Assembly: GCA_030141605.1 (NCBI GenBank)
Contig: JAQGDQ010000074.1
Span: forward strand, 1 to 64,000
DNA from: Tubiluchus corallicola
Lineage: Eukaryota; Animalia; Priapulida
Reading direction: 5' to 3'
DNA length: 64,000 nt
Positions 54,001 through 62,200 of this stretch are shown here, in pieces. The number at the start of each line of letters is the position of its first letter. The stretch's first letter is position 1. A program made the translations under genes and the position numbers. The notes under the pieces were generated by a model. The model searched no databases, had not been told where the DNA came from, and saw only the letters and a list, made by a program, of their open reading frames with translations.

Positions 54001-57000
54001 GGTGTGGTATTTGCCACACTTTAATGTTAAAAGTGAGAGCAAGCCAGAGAAAACAAGAGTAGTATTTGATTGCGCTGTGAGCTTTGCTGGCACAACATTA
54101 AACAAAATTGTAATGCAAGGACCTGATCTAATGATCTAACCAACAAGCTCCTTGGCGTCCTGCTCAGATTTAGAGAAGGTAAAATAGCAATCGCTGCTGA
54201 CATCGAGAGTATGTTTTACCAGGTGAGAGTCACTCCTGCTGACAGAGATGTACTCCGTTTCCTTTGGTGGCCTGGAGGCAATATAGAACTAAAACCTAAA
54301 ATATACAGGATGACAGTCCATATTTTTGGCGGAATATGGTGCCCAAGTATTGCATCATATGCACTCCAGAAAACAGCCATGGACAACAGAGCTTTGTACA
54401 ACAGCACCGTGGTACAAACAGTTATAAGCAATTTCTATGTAGACGATCTTCTTAAGTCTCTTTCAACAACTCAGGAAGGTATTGCAATGATAGAAGACCT
54501 TACCAGTTTACTTCACCATGGTGGCTTCCATTTAACAAAATGGTGCAGCAATGACCGAGAAGTTCTCAACTCTATCCCTGCAGAAGAAAGAGGGAAATCA
54601 GTGAAGGAAATTGATTTAGATAACTCATCCTTGCCTGTTGATCGGGTTCTTGGCATTGCATGGAACATGGAAGCAGACCATTTTAGTATTCTTGTTAGGA
54701 AAAAAGAAACACCGATGACACGCCGTGGTCTTTTGAGTGTAATGGCTTCATCATATGATCCTATGGGAATAATAAGTCCCTATGTCCTGCAAGCGAAGTT
54801 ACTGTTTCAGGAAGAAACACGATTGAAGAAATCCTGGGATGAACCTTTGGAGGATCATGTGAAACAACAATGGAAAAGATGGTTAGAAGAACTTGACCTA
54901 ATCAAAGATGTGCACCTGAGTCGGTGTTTTACACCACCAAACTTTGAAGCTGTTTCATACCAGCTTCATCATTTCTCAGATGCATCCGAAAGAGCCCTTG
55001 GAACTGTATCATATCTTAGATCAGCAAATGCTGCAGGAGATATCGTCTGTTCATTTGTGGTGAGTAAAACAAGACTGACCCCCTTTAAGAAAGTCACTTT
55101 GCCACGCCTCGAACTGTCAGCTGCTGTGCTTGCAGTAAAAGTTGATTCTATGGCACGGAAGGAATTAAGCATTCCTATAGGTACTTCTACATTTTGGGTT
55201 GACAGCACAATTGTTCTTGGCTATATCAACAATGAAAGGGCCAGGTACAAAACCTTTGTGGCTAACCGGTTAGCTACCATACACGGCTTAACAGTTCCCA
55301 GCCAATGGAGGCATGTCTCTGGAGATGAAAATCCAGCAAATGATGCATCGCGAGGTTTGTCTGCAAGAGATTTAATCACGAATGTCAGATGGCTGCATGG
55401 CCCAGAATTTCTATACAAACCTGAACCAGAATGGCCAGTTCAAACAGTTCTGCGCACAGTGGATAGTCACGACAATGAGATAAAGCAAAGTGTTAAAGTC
55501 TTATTGTGTGAAGCTAACCCTTCGAAGTCAGAAGCTACTGACAAGCTTATGGAATATTATAGTAGCTTCTACAAACTTAAAAAAGCAGTCACGTGGTTTT
55601 TGCGAGTGAAAGCCATTTTGAAGAACAAAATCGCAAAGATCCCATCCTCTCAATGCTATAATACAGAGATATCTGTTTCAGAGTTGGAGCAAGCGGAAAA
55701 GGCGATTCTCGGCTATATCCAACGCCAACACTTTACTCAGGAATACAAAACCTTATCTGCAGGACAAGCTGTCTCCAAATCGAGCACGATAGCAAAGTTA
55801 AATCCTGTCCTGTCCAAGGACAACCTCATTGTTGTTGGAGGGCGACTTAGAAATGCAGCGCTACCTGAAGCTGCCAAACATCCTGCAGTACTTCCTAAAG
55901 AGCATCATGTTTCAACCTTAATAATCCGTCATTACCATGAAACCAATGGTCACATTGGAAGAGAACATGTGCTCTCGTTAGTTCGCTCTGCTTACTGGAT
56001 TATTCGAGGACGGACACTTACAAAGAAACTATTAAAAGATTGTCGTAAGGGCCGTCGTCTCTATGCACCCCTGGAGAGCCAGAAAATGGCAGATTTGCCA
56101 GCTGATCGTGTAGAAGGAACTCACGCTTTCGAATCTGTAGGTGTAGACTGCTTCGGAACCTTTCATGTTGTCAGAGGGCGTGCAAAAGCTAAGCGATATG
56201 GCTGCATTTTTACTTGCACCACCACTAGAGCAGTTCACCTAGAGATTCTACACACCCTCGAAACCAGCTCTTTCATTCAAGCACTGCAACGTTTCATAAG
56301 CCGAAGAGGTCCACCAAGACTAATCAGGTCTGATCAAGGTACAAATTTTGTTGGCGCCCAAAAGGAGCTTCAGAATTCTATAACCGAATGGAACCAAAGT
56401 CAAATTCAAAGCACTCTACGTCAGAAAAATATAGAATGGATCTTCAACCCTGCTTCAGCTAGCCATTTTGGGGGCTTCTTTGAGCGCATGATTAGAAGTG
56501 TAAGGAAAGTTTTAGTCAGTATCTTGGAACAGCAAACACTGGATGACGAAAGACTTAGTACACTATTCTGTCTAGTAGAGGCCATTTTAAATAGCCGGCC
56601 CCTTACCATTGTTTCAGAAGATCCAAATGACTTAGAAGCTCTAACACCAAACCATTTGTTGCTGCTTCGACCAAATCCCGCACTGCCGCCTGGCAACTTC
56701 GAAGTAAAGGACCAATACAAAAAGAAGTGGCGCCAAGTCCAGTACATGGCAGACTTATTCTGGACAAGATGGTATCGTGAATACTTGCCAACGTTGCAAC
56801 TGCGAACAAAATGGTTACGAAGCAAAGAAAATCTGAAAGTTGGAGACATAGTTTTGGTAAGCGATAATGTCCAACGAAGCCAGTGGATACTTGGGCGAAT
56901 TGCAGATGTCAAGACAAGTGATGATGGATGCGTCCGCTCTGCAACCATAAAGACCAAAAGTACGCTTCTAACCCGGCCTATACACAAATTATGTTTAATT

Positions 57001-57736
57001 GAAAAAGCAGATTAATTTTGTTATTCTTTTAGTGGGAAATGGCACTCAAGTCCCATTTAAAGGGGGTGTGTTAAGGTCAGTTTCTGGCCTTAACATGTAG
57101 GTGGCAGCACCTATGGAACTTACCTGATTTTTACCTGTGAAGTGGTAAATTGGGTGCCTCGCTAAACACGCTGACACAAGGCTCGGCAAATGTTAAGTAA
57201 TGTTTGATAATGTTTAAGTATAGTGTCTCTACCTGATTTGCCGTTAACCTGTACGACGTTTTTAAGAATCTATTAAGTTTTATAGCCGCACGATGTAAGT
57301 AACATTTAATTTAATATCTTAAATTATAATAATCAATTTATTATACATTTGTATGCAGTGAGAAGCTGTCAATTTATTATTTTCATTTTGTATATACAGA
57401 AATAAAGATTTCTGAGACACACCATGCCATGAAGGAAATTCTTTGTGTCCCCGTCACAGTTGAACTTTTTTTTGTAAAAATAGCTTTCAAGATTTTATTT
57501 TACGCAAGGAAAATGAAATAACGGAATCCCAATAAAATATCAATACGAAAACTCAGCAATAATCAAAGGTACATGTAATAACATGTTTAAATTTAAAGCA
57601 CCAATAAATGGTTCACCAAATCATCCCAGTTTCCAGTCCCGAAAACTGTCGAGTCTTGCAACGAAGGATTAAATGAAGGTTTCCATCGGATCTTATTAAT
57701 TTTTTGGCTAACAAACTTTACACTAACTCCCTCCAT
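41900..57736 (-). CDS. NUP43: Nucleoporin Nup43 (WD40 beta-propeller, Y-complex), 8 coding exons, 1050 nt, 349 aa
   Basis: Join of 57617-57736, 49877-49993, 48847-48924, 48213-48375, 47034-47169, 44572-44723, 42270-42380 and 41900-42072. All introns are GT-AG, phases are compatible and there is no internal stop. The protein carries Nup43 motifs KFVSQKINKIRWKP, VGEDGRIN, GQLKVWD, ATGGQDGMLCIWD, MWEVRFHPSYPDNLFTCSEDGSVWQWD and LLCGTDGEAI. Confidence 0.95.
42270..42380 (-). CDS. NUP43: NUP43 coding exon 7
   Basis: Acceptor ttccag; WEVRFHPSYPDNLFTCSEDGSVWQWDVSMIKKALQS; donor gttagt. Confidence 0.93.
42590..43495 (+). mobile_element. Decayed Gmr1-like Gypsy fragment (integrase C-terminus followed by RNase H) in NUP43 intron 6
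   Basis: LLFTARD..FSPFELMF and YHGPYE..VSDTNYIVMMPNRCKTKQLCHIMILKDYVER, then IALQYFDVYF...HNSLTLVRKMKSRNHRLLHRHLALQEHNLDIWHIKSTQSIIGDALS. Confidence 0.75.
43600..44130 (+). mobile_element. 5' fragment of a Mag-clade Gypsy element (LTR end, PBS-like motif, gag N-terminus)
   Basis: AATAAA near 43594, ...AACA|TGGCGAC near 43670, then MANVSAHIGNISEFKPCTEDWENYSKRLQLWMQVNKIP..VLLTLV*AEAFEMVINLCMPEDPTTKTFAQLTEML..HYAPP. Confidence 0.75.
44572..44723 (-). CDS. NUP43: NUP43 coding exon 6
   Basis: Acceptor tttcag; TGDTVPLHCVDKHPGQPHVLATGGQDGMLCIWDLRQDKYPATLLNAHSGD; donor gtaagt. Confidence 0.95.
45156..45445 (+). mobile_element. Truncated hAT-like non-autonomous element end
   Basis: Starts CAGGGGCGTATTAACCAATAGGCTAATTAGGCTATAGCCTAAGGCAGCAAA, with the same CAGGGGCGT start as the hAT at 30825. 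It contains the dispersed repeat shared with 36435-36600. Confidence 0.5.
47034..47169 (-). CDS. NUP43: NUP43 coding exon 5
   Basis: Acceptor tttctag; NADSCTINDVTFLKKFEIATTNSAGQLKVWDIREGSTKPCRTLL; donor gtatgt. Confidence 0.95.
47908..47930. repeat. (TA)n microsatellite
   Basis: Read directly from the sequence. Confidence 0.9.
48213..48375 (-). CDS. NUP43: NUP43 coding exon 4
   Basis: Acceptor tttacag; TLSVVHSYVHVHHYSKVSCSCTALANREDDVVSVGEDGRINFLNMEQKVPVRTV; donor gtaaac. Confidence 0.93.
48847..48924 (-). CDS. NUP43: NUP43 coding exon 3
   Basis: Acceptor tttgcag; FLANDVILTSSSFGNVTLHKHHTKSQ; donor gtacca. Confidence 0.9.
49877..49993 (-). CDS. NUP43: NUP43 coding exon 2
   Basis: Acceptor tttttag; SHKLSIWTIDDGFCGSGEVLEEPRLLCDVDHVGDVTDLL; donor gtaata. 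Confidence 0.9.
50265..50654 (+). repeat. 5' LTR of BEL element 1
   Basis: TGTTAAGG...CCGTCACA, AATAAA at 50597-50602. Differs from the 3' LTR only at 50611 and 50619 by manual comparison. Confidence 0.97.
51299..54139 (+). CDS. BEL Gag-protease-(RT start) polyprotein, cut short by a frameshift; N-terminal SAP motif
   Basis: SAP-like N-terminus, coiled coil, capsid-like IEKFDGSPLQYCRF region, three Cys-His boxes (CTLCSEAHRLQKC, CFNCLKPNHSSASC, CDVCKRKHATFLH), protease LALLDPGSTNTF, and WYLPH...RVVFDC. Confidence 0.92.
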   Translation: MSDLGKKTVPQLQRMLKDKCLPVSGRKQELIDRLLQCEGAASSSTDDETQLTPAAIPDSGDKEENLRELRSHRTHKSHKSPHSRSSKSITVSATAQRMSAEAKKAALMIKQQALAEKAKLQLNEMQLEQEKQKLVLQQEQLKIATEIKQADAEATVFAQFEAGSPRSSEVVSFVDKREQTRDWVANYCQEQPGCSSLQAEQPGSSAFQPEQPGSSSFQAPLRVKQPEIKGSPLPAVQPPYQFYGCPLPGIEIEKFDGSPLQYCRFIKQFETTVENYTTDNVARLTLLLQFCSDKVKRYIDCCVTMDPVVGYTKAKRMLKERFGNEFNITQAWIKQISDFKPIKAAEYQTLQEYADLLRACYETLSSLGYLSEINAQGNLVQIVDKLPIGIHSHWRKEVHNIKSSGRIPDIFDVVTFIERQAQIENDPTFHRKPSERKDTYKPKPKSNSVNIFASSGTFASSHTREPDKSEEKTSLSCTLCSEAHRLQKCFKFKRLTVPGRLEVAKQHKLCFNCLKPNHSSASCRSANRCDVCKRKHATFLHAQNVRGNISTAAATHKPNSRPYSGEEKEKKNNEEDNEKLKEEDSEHNCQSGYIKKTHEPSKCNVALPILPVFVNIPGGKPLKTLALLDPGSTNTFCSSQIYEKLGAQGREETLILTTLDAKQSQKKSKVTKLQVSDPNYNVTIDLPLVFTRLSLMLEMEHLPVYENLSSWPHLQGIDVYVAQDRSQSLELGLLIGQDVPEALAPIEIRKGPKHAPWASLSVLGWTLNGPLGPTEAEHISCNLSILQPVTLEQQVERFWQLESCEDNSHKPSVEDVRTVNIWERSATLTEDHHYMMDIPFRSESPDLPNNKAVAEKRLEGLKKKFKQDEVLHNKYSKEISDLLEKGYAEPVNEEAATTDGKVWYLPHFNVKSESKPEKTRVVFDCAVSFAGTTLNKIVMQGPDLMI
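54211..57015 (+). CDS. BEL Pol remainder (RT, RNase H, integrase); originally continuous with the upstream ORF
   Basis: RT FYVDD, RNase H LHHFSDASERA..LPRLEL..WVDS, integrase GVDCFG..RSDQGTNF..GGFFERM. The reading frame really begins at about 54138 ([13 protein letters not shown]). Confidence 0.93.
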   Translation: MFYQVRVTPADRDVLRFLWWPGGNIELKPKIYRMTVHIFGGIWCPSIASYALQKTAMDNRALYNSTVVQTVISNFYVDDLLKSLSTTQEGIAMIEDLTSLLHHGGFHLTKWCSNDREVLNSIPAEERGKSVKEIDLDNSSLPVDRVLGIAWNMEADHFSILVRKKETPMTRRGLLSVMASSYDPMGIISPYVLQAKLLFQEETRLKKSWDEPLEDHVKQQWKRWLEELDLIKDVHLSRCFTPPNFEAVSYQLHHFSDASERALGTVSYLRSANAAGDIVCSFVVSKTRLTPFKKVTLPRLELSAAVLAVKVDSMARKELSIPIGTSTFWVDSTIVLGYINNERARYKTFVANRLATIHGLTVPSQWRHVSGDENPANDASRGLSARDLITNVRWLHGPEFLYKPEPEWPVQTVLRTVDSHDNEIKQSVKVLLCEANPSKSEATDKLMEYYSSFYKLKKAVTWFLRVKAILKNKIAKIPSSQCYNTEISVSELEQAEKAILGYIQRQHFTQEYKTLSAGQAVSKSSTIAKLNPVLSKDNLIVVGGRLRNAALPEAAKHPAVLPKEHHVSTLIIRHYHETNGHIGREHVLSLVRSAYWIIRGRTLTKKLLKDCRKGRRLYAPLESQKMADLPADRVEGTHAFESVGVDCFGTFHVVRGRAKAKRYGCIFTCTTTRAVHLEILHTLETSSFIQALQRFISRRGPPRLIRSDQGTNFVGAQKELQNSITEWNQSQIQSTLRQKNIEWIFNPASASHFGGFFERMIRSVRKVLVSILEQQTLDDERLSTLFCLVEAILNSRPLTIVSEDPNDLEALTPNHLLLLRPNPALPPGNFEVKDQYKKKWRQVQYMADLFWTRWYREYLPTLQLRTKWLRSKENLKVGDIVLVSDNVQRSQWILGRIADVKTSDDGCVRSATIKTKSTLLTRPIHKLCLIEKAD
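57069..57458 (+). repeat. 3' LTR of BEL element 1
   Basis: Direct repeat of 50265-50654, followed by the TSD. Confidence 0.97.
57617..57736 (-). CDS. NUP43: NUP43 coding exon 1
   Basis: ATG at 57736; MEGVSVKFVSQKINKIRWKPSFNPSLQDSTVFGTGNWDDL; donor gtgaac. Confidence 0.95.
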
Positions 57737-57896
57737 ATGTTAGAGGCAGATGCAAATAAAAACGTGATGATATTCAATATTATTTTTATGCAAACTTATA
57801 AAATTTACTGAAACTGCAGAGAAACACAAAAACTTCCCGCAAATGCAGGTTTTCCACTAGGCGTAATCTTTGAGTCCATTAATCCCTCTGGAAAGA

Positions 57897-58200
57897 TTTA
57901 GTTTAGTTTAATTTATTCACACCTGTTAAACATAAAAGCTTTCATAATATTTAAAAATAAAAATACAGTACAACATAATGCTAGCACACTACGTAACTAG
58001 CACTCATTAAGGTTTGTAGGAGGACACACAGAGTAAGCTACTTACTGTGTCTATTGAATTTAAGAAACCTTGTTAAAACATCATGTTTAAGTCTTTTACG
58101 AAATAACTGAACAATTTAAAATTTTCAGCAGTAACTGAGACATTTACAGAAGTAGGCAATAAGTCACATATTGGAACGACACGATTCCCTAGTGACTAGT
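57897..58200 (-). mobile_element. Possible CR1-like LINE 3' end
   Basis: The minus strand reads LGNRVVPICDLLPTSV, similar to the CR1 NRVVxxWNxLP motif, and ends in AATAAA plus a (TAAAC)n tail. Confidence 0.4.
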
Positions 58201-58797
58201 GTGTACAATGAAGAACTGCCCATTGAGAATATCAACCATCTTAGCTGTGTTTGCGTTAGTTAAACTTAGTTTACTGAAATGTAGGTAAACTGCATCATGT
58301 AATATGTATTAATGTATGTAAAAATACACAAATGGAAAAAAATGGCACATGTATTACCTTGATGCAAATAATTTCGGCCATAAAACTAGAATGTACTCAG
58401 TAGGAAGCAGATCTCCACCAAAGTAGAAAGATTCTAATTTTACATATTACATATAAATTTGTGTGATTCTTATGATTGAAAAAACGTAAACAAAAATAAA
58501 CAAGCAAGCATCTAAAAATATACTTATATTGGTATTATATAAACTAACAAAAGATACACAAAATATTTTGTTTATTAAATAGAATAATCAGGAATGCGCA
58601 AACATTTCTCTTTGTCTATGTTTGTGTTTGTCTACATTTTTCTAACTATTTAACGTTGGTAATAGACCGACAAATTACGTAGTAACATACTAAGCCAGTT
58701 TACGCATGTATTATAAGCACAGTATGTAGGTGGAGATAATAAAAAAAGAAGTGCTGTATCTTGTAGCCAGCTCTTCCTCTTTCCATAGAGCTATAAC

Positions 58798-59225
58798 TGT
58801 TGTGAACAGAAAGCCTTCACTATTTGATTCATGCTCCAAAGTCGTTTATTCTAAACAGAATAATAAAAAGAACATTAACAAGTAAGAAAATGAATAAAAT
58901 GATAAATTGAAGCTCAGTAATTACAAAGAAGTCAACTTATTGGCAAAGTACTTTCTCAAACTTGAGAGATTGAATTCACAACTTAATTAAATTATTTAAA
59001 TTGATGTAACTCACATTGTTGGCTCTTCGTCAAGATTTAAAATTTCTCAAGGTACAAAATTCGGTTATGACTAAACGATGTTATTAAATGTAACACAATA
59101 ACGACAAAAACATTGCTGTGATCAAAAAACACGACCACCATTGTTCCCCTCCTGTCCTTTCCTCCTCACTCGTAGAGGGCAGCACCTTCCAATACATAGG
59201 TGTCGTTATGCATATTGCCGTTACA
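58798..59225 (-). repeat. 3' LTR of BEL element 2 (about 428 bp)
   Basis: On the minus strand the PPT AGAGGGGGAG is followed by TGTAAC at 59225, AATAAA at 58850-58845, and an end ...CACAACA at 58798. The end is inferred because the partner LTR lies outside the window. Confidence 0.75.
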
Positions 59226-59282
59226 CTCCCCCTCTAAAATGCGAACTCACAAAGCATTTTACCAAAAATTTCCAGTAAGCAG

Positions 59283-62200
59283 TTAGTCGGCACCCTCTAG
59301 AAGACAGAGCTTGTGAATGGGGCGCTCTAAAAATCCAGCTTTCACTTTAAGTGTAGCACTTCTCACTAACCCGTCTTCGCCTACATGAACTTGCTCTACC
59401 TTGCCCAGTGGCCACAGATTTCTGGGTGTGGTCTCCTTCACAAGCACCACATCATTGACTTTGAGATTTCTTTTTGGCACAGTCCACTTGTTCCGTTTCT
59501 GTAAGGATGACAAGTACTCTCTGGTCCATCTGCTCCAAAAGACATTCACTAAGTGTTGAATGTGTCGCCACTTGCGTCTGTAACGATCAGACTCAGAAAA
59601 CACTCCTTGTGGCAGCATTGTGAGCTAAAAGCAGATGATTTGGTGTCAATGGTTCTGCATCCTTTGGATCATCTGAAATCGGCGTTAACGGCCTTCCATT
59701 AATTATTGCCTCCGTTAAACAGAATACAGTGGATAATCCTTCATCATCAAGGGTCTGTCCATCTAAAAGGTGGACCAATATCCTTCTGACTGATCTTATC
59801 ATCCTTTCCCAACAACCTCCCATGTGTGAAGCAGCTGGTGGATTGTACTCCCACTCTATGTTACGTTGATGTAGCTGACTAGTGATGTTCTGATGGTTCC
59901 AGCCTAACATAGCTTTTTGAAGCTCCCTGTCTGCTCCAACTATGTTTGTCCCATGGTCCGACCTGATCACATTTGGCTTTCCCCTCCTGCTAATAAATCG
60001 GAAGAGGGCATTAACAAAGCTATCAGTGGTCATGTCAAAAAGAACTTCTAGATGAATAGATCGCACTGCCATGCACGTAAATAAACATCCATATCTCTTA
60101 GCAGATGTGCGCCCTCTCTTTACCCAAAAGGGCCCAAAACAATCTACCCCCACTGAGGAGAATACTGAATCTCTTGAAACCCTATCGCTGGGTAAGTCAG
60201 CCATCTTTTGGCCCAGCGTGGGTGCATACAAATGTCTGCACCTGCGACAGTCCTTTATAACCTTTCTTGCGATAGTTCTCAGTCCAATGATCCAAAACTT
60301 GCCTCTGACTACAGACATAGTGTAATTGCATCCAGCATGGCAGTTTTCCTCATGGTAGTGTCGGACAACTAGGCGAGAAAAAACATGGTCTTTTGGCAGT
60401 ATTATTGGATGCTTAGCTTGTTTAGCTAAAGGAGCTTTGGCTAGTCTGCCTCCAACTACCAATATGCCTTTATCTGATTTCTGAGGGTCCAATTGATACA
60501 AATGACTGGTTTTGAGTACATTCTGTCCCGTGAGCTCTTCTTTGAAGTGTATGTACTGCACATGTCTAATGATTTCTTCCTCAGCCTCCATTAGTTCCTT
60601 CAAAGAAAGGGCAGCGTGCTTTGACATAGTACGGACCCTCTTAAGTACTTTGTCTCTCAACAATCGTTTCAGACGTAGGAGATAAGCTACACATCTTTTT
60701 AGCCGATGCAGATTTGAATAATGCTCACACAACATGTCGATGACATTATCATCCTTTTCTACTGCTTTAGACGTGTAGACCACCATAGGACTTTTCTTAA
60801 TTTCAGAATCATCTGAGACATCTTTGCCTTTGATACTATCACCGATCTTTGGCCATTGCTCTCGCTTGCCTTTCAGAAATGTGGGGCCATTTATCCACCT
60901 GCTTTCTTTCACCAGATCCCCTTGTTGCATCATCTGCTGGATTGTCTGCTCCTGGTAGGTGATGCCATTGTTGTGGTGAAGTTAGTTCCTGAATGACAGC
61001 CAAACGATTGGCAACAAAGGTTTTATACCTTGCAACTTCATTATTCAAGTAGCCTAATACTATTGAGCTGTCCGTCCAGAATATGGATTCATCAATGTGC
61101 ATGTTAAATTCCTGTCGTAACATGTGATCTACTCTAGCTGATAGCATGGCTGCAGAAAGCTCCAGTCTGGGAATTGTCATACCCCTCATAGGTGCCAAGC
61201 GTGATTTGCCCAAGATGAAGGAGACATGTACTTTTCCATCGTTGTTCTCGAATCGCACGTAGGACACTGTTCCAAAGGCAACTTCTGATGCATCACTAAA
61301 ATGATGCAATTGAGTGTTACTTACGGTCCCAAAATGCTCTGGTTTCAAGCAACGAGCTAGCTTCATGTTTTCCAGTGTCATAAGCTCTTCTTGCCAAACT
61401 TTCCATTTTCTGGCAGTGTGCTCTTCCAGGGGTTCATCCCATGCCTTTCTTAGGCGGGTTTCTTCCTGGAACATAAGCTTGGCACGTAGAACAAAAGGAG
61501 AAATTATGCCTGCAGGATCATAAACTGATGACACCACACTTAGTAGGCCATGGCGAGTCAATGGTTTTTGTCTTTGGTTTACATGGATTTTGAACTGATC
61601 AATTTCCATGTCCCAGAAAATTCCTAAGGCCCTTTCTACTGGCAAAGTATGTGCTTCTAGATCCAGATTCTTAACACCTTTGCCCCGCTCCTCTTCTGGG
61701 ATGGACTCAAGGACACTTCTACTGTTGCTGCACCGCTTAGTTAAACGAAAGCCACCTCGAGCCAATAGATCAGTCAGTTTTTGACGCATGTGCTTGGCTT
61801 TCTCTTCATTTACAGTTGAGGTTAGGTAATCGTCAACATAGAAGTCTTTCAGCAGTGTCTGAATTATGTTTTCATCATACAAATGCCGGTTATGCTTTGC
61901 AACGCTTTGGAGTGCAAAGGCTGCAACACTTGGACACCATATTCCACCGAATGTGTGAACAGTCATTCTGTAGACCTTTGGTTCCGTGTTTAAACAACCA
62001 TTTTCCCACCATAAAAATCTAAGGACATCGCGATCCTCTGCAGGCACCTTCACTTCGTGAAACATGCATTCAATATCAGCCATCAAAGCTATTTGGTTTT
62101 CTCTAAATCTAAGCAAAACACCGATCAGTTTATTTGTTAAAACAGGACCCTGCATAACGTTCCTATTTAGAGTAGTACCTGCGAATTGAACTGCACAATT

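Larger units (their letters stand above)
50265..57458 (+). mobile_element. Full-length BEL/Pao LTR retrotransposon (7194 bp), antisense in NUP43 intron 1
   Basis: Two 390-bp TG...CA LTRs, a 5-bp TSD GTTGA (50260-50264 and 57459-57463), a purine tract AAAGGGGG just before the 3' LTR, and domain order gag-PR-RT-RH-IN. Confidence 0.98.

Noticed and set aside
54100-54220. Programmed gag-pol frameshift between the 946-aa and 934-aa ORFs
   Set aside because: The break falls inside RT and is fully explained by an 8-bp duplication; there is no slippery heptamer at the site.
56421-56987. 188-aa antisense ORF (and other short antisense ORFs) in the BEL elements or POU3
   Set aside because: These are shadow frames of long sense ORFs, with no recognisable motif or independent signals.
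57016-57068. env-like third ORF in BEL element 1
   Set aside because: Only 53 bp separate the pol stop from the 3' LTR.
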